Virus record (IMG/VR): IMGVR_UViG_3300030339_000025
Source: a virus
Length of the DNA: 12,443 nucleotides
Direction: 5' to 3' (one strand)
The notes under the pieces are model-generated. The model was given only the letters and a program-made list of their open reading frames with translations, did no database searches and was not told the DNA's origin. A program made the position numbers and the translations under genes. Within the stretch, counting starts at the first letter, position 1, and the number at the start of each line of letters is the position of its first letter. Positions 7,691-12,443 of this stretch are shown here, piece by piece.

Positions 7691-8510
7691 TATTCAATAA
7701 TTTTTCTTGTTTTCTTCTCTTTCGCTCTTGGTAAGTTATACCCTTGATAACATGTTTATCAATCTCTTTTTGATATTTCTCTAAATAATCATTTGAATTT
7801 TCCAATCTATTTTTAGCCATATCAAGATAATTGGCTGAAATATCAATACCGACATAATTGCAACCAAAAATTTTGCAACACACTGGAACAGTGCCTGACC
7901 CGCAATAAGGATCCAAAACAATTTTATCTTTATCATCATCAAATATAGAATATATAATTCTTGTTGGTATATCTAAAGAAAAAGGCGCTGGATGTGGATT
8001 ATTATTTTCTGGCATTATATCCCAAATAGCCATCATATTTGCATGTTTTGGAAGTAATTCCTTGCCTATTTTAGAATGATTTGGCTTATATAGCCAGTAT
8101 ATCCGTTCATCTGCTTGCCAGAACCTCCAACCTCTTAAATTACCTGTTATTTTTCTATTCCAAACAATTTCTTGTTTAATCATCCATTGTGTTTTATGAA
8201 GCCAAAGTATTGGATGAATCATATTTCCATTTACCCATCGACATTTATGATTATAAAAAAAAGATCCACCTGGTTTTATAGTTCTATATATTTCGTTTAG
8301 AACCTTTATTTGATTTTCTTGATAGATATCTTCTGGTATATTATCATCATAAGTATCATATTCAACTTTTTTAATTAGTGCGCCACTATTATTCTTCTTA
8401 TTATATACTGGACTCGTAATTCCAAGATCAAAATAATCAGAATCAATTTTTTGTAAAGTTTGTAGTGTATCACCTAATATTAATTCGTTTATTGGCCTCA
8501 TAAAATTCAT
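7680..8510 (-). CDS. DNA methyltransferase, beta-class N4-cytosine/N6-adenine type. The motif IV-like SPVY precedes motif I.
   Basis: 276 aa. DLGITSPVYN is a (D/S)PP(Y/F)-like motif IV near the N-terminus. VLDPYCGSGTVPVCCKIFGCNYVGIDIS is the FxGxG AdoMet motif I near the C-terminus. This order defines the beta permutation (PF01555-like). Confidence 0.85.
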   Translation of the reverse strand: MNFMRPINELILGDTLQTLQKIDSDYFDLGITSPVYNKKNNSGALIKKVEYDTYDDNIPEDIYQENQIKVLNEIYRTIKPGGSFFYNHKCRWVNGNMIHPILWLHKTQWMIKQEIVWNRKITGNLRGWRFWQADERIYWLYKPNHSKIGKELLPKHANMMAIWDIMPENNNPHPAPFSLDIPTRIIYSIFDDDKDKIVLDPYCGSGTVPVCCKIFGCNYVGIDISANYLDMAKNRLENSNDYLEKYQKEIDKHVIKGITYQERKRRKQEKLLNSGK

Positions 8511-8522
8511 TTATTTTTGTAA

Positions 8523-8540
8523 TTCAAAAAATATACCTGT
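8523..8540. promoter_or_regulatory. Hairpin or palindrome tatacct-gttc-aggtata in the spacer between the 94-aa ORF and the methyltransferase start. It shares the TATACC/GGTATA arms with a second palindrome at 8595-8612.
   Basis: 7-bp perfect inverted repeat. The second copy, tatacc-ttatcg-ggtata, overlaps the stop codon of ORF 8594-8878. Confidence 0.35.
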
Positions 8541-8593
8541 TCAGGTATAGTCATTTTGTTAAAGTATTAATTATTAATTATTTTTCTAAATTT

Positions 8594-8878
8594 CTATACC
8601 TTATCGGGTATAAATTCTGAAATTTTTTGTAATTTTGATTTTCTCAAATAAATATTCAATCTATAATCTAAATATTCTTTGAGCTTTGGATAGTAACTCA
8701 TATTTGAAATATTGAAACTCATACCACTTGATATACTTATCCATTTATCTCTATCTTTATAGAACGTGCCAGTACAATATTTGTCTAATTTTAATAAATG
8801 TTCTAATTCTGATTCTGTGCCGTGATTATAAAAATCTATCTCATAATACCCCCAACTATTTATTTCAAACTTTGCCAT
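8594..8878 (-). CDS. Hypothetical protein (94 aa) immediately upstream of the methyltransferase
   Basis: ORF with no recognisable motif, co-oriented with the methyltransferase, 83-nt spacer. Confidence 0.45.
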   Translation of the reverse strand: MAKFEINSWGYYEIDFYNHGTESELEHLLKLDKYCTGTFYKDRDKWISISSGMSFNISNMSYYPKLKEYLDYRLNIYLRKSKLQKISEFIPDKV

Positions 8879-8922
8879 AAATAATTTAGATAAAAATATA
8901 GATTAAGTTTAATAAAAATTAA

Positions 8923-10089
8923 TTATGGACAGCCAAAATATATAGTTGAATTTATTGTAATTATAGAAAATATATCTGGATCAGGTAAAATAAGTGATGT
9001 TCCAATAACAGTATAAAAATTATCAGAATCGTCTACTACTCTAGATGTAGTTATATATGATTGAGAACCACTAAAAGGACCAGCGCAATATGTATTATGT
9101 GTAATACAATTTTGTAATATATACCAATATAATTGTAATGTTGTAGTTGTAGTTGTAGGCACGACAGTTGTAGTTGTAGTAGGAACAATAGTTGTTGTGG
9201 TTGTTGGTGCCGCAGTTGTTGTAGTTATTGGTGTCGCAGTGGTTGTAGTTGTTGGTGCCGCAGTGGTTGTAGTTGTTGTAGGCGGTATAGTTGTAGTTGT
9301 AGTTGTAGTTGGAATAACTGTTGTAGTTGTAGTTGTAGTTGTTGTTCCAGTAATTAAATAAAAATCGTAAATTGTATTTTTTGTAATATCAATAGTAATA
9401 CCTGTAGGTGTATATCCATTTGCACTACAATTTACTATAAATGATCCAGGTGGAACAGCAAGTGAGTAATATCCATTTTCATTAGTATTACTATATACAC
9501 CAAGCGAATTTATAGTAATAGTTGCATTTGATATTGTTGCCCCAGTTATCGTATAAACTTCACCTTCAATAATTTCAAAAGTTCCTATATTACATTGATA
9601 ATATACTACACCATCTGAAATATCATTGAAATAATTTCCACTTCTACAGGACATTTTACTTAAATATTGATTTTTTAATAACATTCCTGGTGTAATATCA
9701 TTAAAATATCTATTTATAACTATTTCATTTCTATAATTATTTGTATATAAAATCTTATATCCAGTATAAAAATTTGAAAAAGCTATCGCAGGATTACTTA
9801 AATCAAATGTTCCAGAATTTATTATTGGTTCAGTATAAGTAATATAAACTATATCACCGATGGTGAAATTATTTTCAATTTCAGTATATAATTTTATGTA
9901 ACCTTTATAATTAGAGTATGTTTCTAAAATTTTAACAGCATTTCTAATATTTATATAACTATTGGTTTTTAAATTTATTTGACTTTGGATCAACGGCATG
10001 TTGCCACTTAATGAACTTGATACATTTGATGATTTTGCATTTGTTGCAATAGCTATAGGCTTTTTATTTTGAATAATTAAACGTGGCAT
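8923..10089 (-). CDS. Putative surface or fibre protein. The N-terminal region has a carboxypeptidase-regulatory-like (Cna-B-like) beta-sandwich segment. Then comes a long oligo-Thr linker, (T5-9 [AAP/IPP/IVP/VVP]) repeated 8 times. Then a small Cys-containing C-terminal domain.
   Basis: 388 aa. NGYYSLAVPPGSFIVNCSANGYTPTGITIDITKNTIYDFYL resembles CarboxypepD_reg. The linker is TTTTTTTTTVIPTTTTTTTIPPTTTTTTAAPTTTTTATPITTTTAAPTTTTTIVPTTTTTVVPTTTTTT. The C-terminus contains C..H..YC. Confidence 0.75.
   Translation of the reverse strand: MPRLIIQNKKPIAIATNAKSSNVSSSLSGNMPLIQSQINLKTNSYINIRNAVKILETYSNYKGYIKLYTEIENNFTIGDIVYITYTEPIINSGTFDLSNPAIAFSNFYTGYKILYTNNYRNEIVINRYFNDITPGMLLKNQYLSKMSCRSGNYFNDISDGVVYYQCNIGTFEIIEGEVYTITGATISNATITINSLGVYSNTNENGYYSLAVPPGSFIVNCSANGYTPTGITIDITKNTIYDFYLITGTTTTTTTTTVIPTTTTTTTIPPTTTTTTAAPTTTTTATPITTTTAAPTTTTTIVPTTTTTVVPTTTTTTLQLYWYILQNCITHNTYCAGPFSGSQSYITTSRVVDDSDNFYTVIGTSLILPDPDIFSIITINSTIYFGCP
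9127..9352. repeat. Tandem hexanucleotide-type coding repeat, (GTTGTA/GTTGTG)n on the + strand, encoding the oligo-Thr linker. It is similar in inverse orientation to the ACN tract at about 3107-3165.
   Basis: Visible tgtagttgtagttgtagg... periodicity in the sequence. Confidence 0.7.
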
Positions 10090-10090
10090 G

Positions 10091-10127
10091 AATAAAATTT
10101 ATATTTTTCTTATATATAAATTTTATT
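10091..10127. terminator. Perfect 14-bp AT palindrome aataaaatttatat - 9-nt loop - atataaattttatt. It lies between the stop of the ParB-like gene and the start of the Thr-linker gene.
   Basis: Read directly from the sequence. The position fits a transcript-end hairpin for 10137-10694 and/or a regulatory site for 8923-10089. Confidence 0.45.
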
Positions 10128-10136
10128 GTTTTCAAT

Positions 10137-10694
10137 TTAATATCTATTTGGATATTTAAGATATGATTGTAATTCTCGCCAATCTAAATTTGTAATACCA
10201 TTATATCCTTTATCTATATAAAATTGAAAAAGTTTTTCTTGGGAAAGATTTTTTATTTTTTCAACTTCATTATTAATATAGTTTTTTGATACATTTATTG
10301 TTCTTTTTATAACTGGCATAAGATTTACGTTTAATTTTATCATCGCCATTGCTCTGTGCCTACCTTCTTGACCAGAGTTATTTACAGTATAAAATACTAC
10401 TGGAAATTTATCTCCATTTTTCATATTTTCTACATATTTATCTACTAATTTATCATTAATTGGAATTAAAGCGTCTTCATATGATAAATTCCCAAAATTT
10501 CTAGCAACAGTATAAATGTATTGTGTAGGACTGATATAAGTTAATTCTTCAATTGTTCTTTTCCAAAGTAATGAATATATGGGATTTTCATATGCTGAAT
10601 ACATATTTTTAATATTTTTCATATCAAAATACTTACAGCCATCACATATTTGTATATTTTCATTTAAAAAATCTTTTAATGCTAAAATTTTCAT
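10137..10694 (-). CDS. ParB/sulfiredoxin-fold (ParB-like nuclease domain) protein
   Basis: 185 aa. FPVVFYTVNNSGQEGRHRAMAMIKLNVNLMPV matches the ParBc core pattern (..G.HR..A....g...vPv). The rest has no recognisable motifs. Confidence 0.5.
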   Translation of the reverse strand: MKILALKDFLNENIQICDGCKYFDMKNIKNMYSAYENPIYSLLWKRTIEELTYISPTQYIYTVARNFGNLSYEDALIPINDKLVDKYVENMKNGDKFPVVFYTVNNSGQEGRHRAMAMIKLNVNLMPVIKRTINVSKNYINNEVEKIKNLSQEKLFQFYIDKGYNGITNLDWRELQSYLKYPNRY

Positions 10695-10726
10695 AAATTA
10701 TATATAAATTCTAAAAAATATAATTT

Positions 10727-11686
10727 TTAATCTTTATATCTTTCAAAAAATAAATTTGGATGTTTATATGTAATTTTTAACCGTTCCGCAAATGTTTTAT
10801 CTGATGTTGCGTCACCAACCATAATACAAGATTTTAAATCTAATTTATGTTTATGCATCATTAATATTCCAGTACCAGATTGAGGTTTTCTACAATAACA
10901 TACATCTTTTGGTGGTAGATGTGGACAAAAATTATAATCATCTATCACATAATCTAGTAATTCATTAGTTTTCTCAATAAGTTCTTTAACTCTTGAAATA
11001 GTTAATGTTTTTCTAGCCACACCAGATTGGTTAGTAACTGCAATTATTTTATAACCTTCTGCCTTATATTTTTTTAGAATTTCTTTACTATTTCTTAAAA
11101 TTTCAATATCTTTTACTTCCGTTGGATATGCTTCTACTCCATTACTTTTTCTAACTGTGCCATCTAGGTCAACAAATATTGCTTTATTAGTATATCCAAA
11201 ATTATCTTCTCTTACAAATTTTGTAGTTTCAATAGCATCAAAACCTTCTGAAATATTTAATTTTTCAATATTTTTTGCCATTGTAAAAATTGGAGTTATG
11301 ACAAATAAATTTGAAGTTTTATGTTTTGCCGGAACATCAGAAACATGCATATAAATTTCACCATATTGACTATACATACGATGTAATGAATTTATTAAGC
11401 AATCATCTTTTGATGTGTTAATATAATGACAACCAATTGTTAAGTTGTTGGTTTTTGCACAATCAATAAATTTTTTACGAGTAATTAATGTTGTATTTGT
11501 ATTGTCAATAATAACTTTATTACCTTTTTCAATCTCACGATTTAAGGCTGCTGTTTCAGTAGCAGAAGACATTGTTTTTTTATCTAAACTAAGAACTATA
11601 TAACCTAATTCTTCATATTTTTTTGTTATTGAACTTTTTCCTGATGCAGGTAAACCCATCATTACTACTATATCTGTTTTTAACAT
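10727..11686 (-). CDS. pnkp: Bifunctional polynucleotide 5'-kinase / 3'-phosphatase, with the T4 Pnkp-type domain order (kinase N-terminal, HAD phosphatase C-terminal)
   Basis: 319 aa. The P-loop is GLPASGKSS at residues 11-19, with LSLDKK and IIDNTN kinase motifs. HAD motif I is FVDLDGTV, motif II is VTNQSG, motif III is CRKPQSG, and motif IV is MVGDATSD (HAD-IIIA, PNKP/GmhB type). Confidence 0.85.
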   Translation of the reverse strand: MLKTDIVVMMGLPASGKSSITKKYEELGYIVLSLDKKTMSSATETAALNREIEKGNKVIIDNTNTTLITRKKFIDCAKTNNLTIGCHYINTSKDDCLINSLHRMYSQYGEIYMHVSDVPAKHKTSNLFVITPIFTMAKNIEKLNISEGFDAIETTKFVREDNFGYTNKAIFVDLDGTVRKSNGVEAYPTEVKDIEILRNSKEILKKYKAEGYKIIAVTNQSGVARKTLTISRVKELIEKTNELLDYVIDDYNFCPHLPPKDVCYCRKPQSGTGILMMHKHKLDLKSCIMVGDATSDKTFAERLKITYKHPNLFFERYKD

Positions 11687-11758
11687 TTTAAATTATTTAT
11701 TGTTTTTATTTCTTGATATTCTATAACTTTGTGACAATAACAAATTGGCGGCTTTTAT

Positions 11759-12382
11759 TTAACTTTTTAATCTTTCAGGAATATCTATTCCATTTGATAT
11801 ACAGTAATCTTTTACTGCTGTTTTTAATTTAGGACCAATTTTAATAGGTAATATGATTGATGGAGTTCTTGTCCAACCTAAAATACGAACCCAGCCTTTA
11901 TCTTGTAGTACACAGTATGGATATGTGTTATGATATGATGTCTCATAAGATTCTTTATCATTATCAAATAACCATTCAGAAGCAAAATTGTTGTGTTGTG
12001 CAATACCTACAACATATGATTTGCCAAAAGGATCAATCCACATAGAATCATATTGTCGTTTTAATTCTTGTTTTGCCTCAGTACTTTTTTTTGCTTTAAT
12101 TTTTTGAATTTTATCACCTTTGAAAACTAAACTTCCAGTAAGAGTTTTTTTGATTTCAACAGGTTTAATATCTTCATCAGTTTCTTCAAAATTAATAACG
12201 ACCCATTCAAATACTAATTCAAAATCAAATTTATCACAAAATTTTGAAATTTTTGAATCAACCCATTCTCTTGCATCATATGTTGATTCAAATGGATTTC
12301 CATCTAAAACAGTTTCAAAAATTACTTTTTCAAAACCGCCATATTGACAATGTGTACAAAAAAATGTTAATTTAGTTTTCAT
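11759..12382 (-). CDS. Hypothetical protein (207 aa) co-oriented with pnkp
   Basis: An ORF with a CTHC pair near the N-terminus and a conserved-looking C-terminus (GIAQHNNFASEWLF, SYHNTYPYCVLQDKGWVRILGW). No family recognised. Confidence 0.55.
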   Translation of the reverse strand: MKTKLTFFCTHCQYGGFEKVIFETVLDGNPFESTYDAREWVDSKISKFCDKFDFELVFEWVVINFEETDEDIKPVEIKKTLTGSLVFKGDKIQKIKAKKSTEAKQELKRQYDSMWIDPFGKSYVVGIAQHNNFASEWLFDNDKESYETSYHNTYPYCVLQDKGWVRILGWTRTPSIILPIKIGPKLKTAVKDYCISNGIDIPERLKS

Positions 12383-12443
12383 TTATTCAAAACTTTTTGT
12401 TTTTATTGATACAAAGATATAATAATTTTTGATATTGATCAAG

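Noticed and set aside
7680-8510. Idea that the methyltransferase is the N-extein of the downstream intein
   Set aside because: The methyltransferase has both motif IV and motif I plus a normal-length C-terminal tail, and ends with its own TAG. The intein Cys lies in a different frame behind an in-frame TGA. No single indel joins them.
11157-11354. 65-aa + strand ORF inside pnkp
   Set aside because: Antisense to a confidently assigned gene. Spurious.
11857-12347. Two + strand ORFs (62 and 75 aa) antisense to 11759-12382
   Set aside because: Embedded antisense in a longer co-oriented gene of the - strand block. Low-complexity translations.
11759-12382. 207-aa protein as a 2H phosphoesterase / LigT RNA ligase partner of Pnkp
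   Set aside because: Only one weak HxT-like tetrad (HNTY) was found and no KxDG ligase motif. I kept it as a hypothesis to test, not as an annotation.
1-12443. tRNA, rRNA and CRISPR arrays
   Set aside because: No GC-rich cloverleaf-like segments or T-loop GTTCGAATC-like motifs were found. There are no direct repeats with regular spacers, and no rRNA-like conserved blocks. The whole window is AT-rich coding DNA.

Overview
This window is very AT-rich (roughly 25-28% G+C by eye) and almost fully coding. It holds two opposed gene blocks: + strand genes run from 585 to 6273 and - strand genes from 6369 to 12382, converging on a hairpin-bearing spacer at about 6274-6368.

No start codon is preceded by a Shine-Dalgarno (GGAGG-like) sequence. 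Every start sits in an A-rich context such as aaaaattATG, and several intergenic spacers carry perfect AT-rich palindromes. That pattern fits either a large AT-rich virus or phage, or a host lineage that does not use Shine-Dalgarno sequences. The taxon cannot be decided from the sequence alone, and I found no Mimivirus-type AAAATTGA promoter motif.

Recognisable content, in order along the window:
- A complete IS200/IS605-type insertion sequence: divergent tnpA (HuH/Y1 transposase) and tnpB (RuvC plus zinc-finger, RNA-guided-nuclease family).
- Two large repeat-rich surface or fibre-like proteins on opposite strands, each with an oligo-threonine linker (TTTTTAAPTTTTT). One carries a DUF1566/Fib_succ_major-like C-terminal domain, the other a carboxypeptidase-regulatory-like beta-sandwich.
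- A smaller protein carrying the same GxF repeat type (4006-4422).
- A signal-anchored coiled-coil protein.
- Three tightly packed small hypothetical genes, one of them strongly acidic.
- A beta-class N4/N6 DNA methyltransferase.
- Immediately downstream of the methyltransferase, an intein-like Hint plus double-LAGLIDADG homing-endonuclease module. It is split over two reading frames and carries an in-frame TAG exactly after its terminal Asn. It has essentially no N-extein.
- A ParB/sulfiredoxin-fold nuclease-like protein.
- A T4-type bifunctional polynucleotide kinase/3'-phosphatase (P-loop kinase at the N-terminus, HAD phosphatase at the C-terminus).
- An unknown 207-aa protein.

I could not support any rRNA, tRNA or CRISPR array. 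The listed ORFs that are internal or antisense to larger genes are judged spurious. There is a 1-nt inconsistency between my manual nucleotide reading and the ORF track inside 7140-7690, so coordinates there are approximate to +/-1 and I followed the ORF track.
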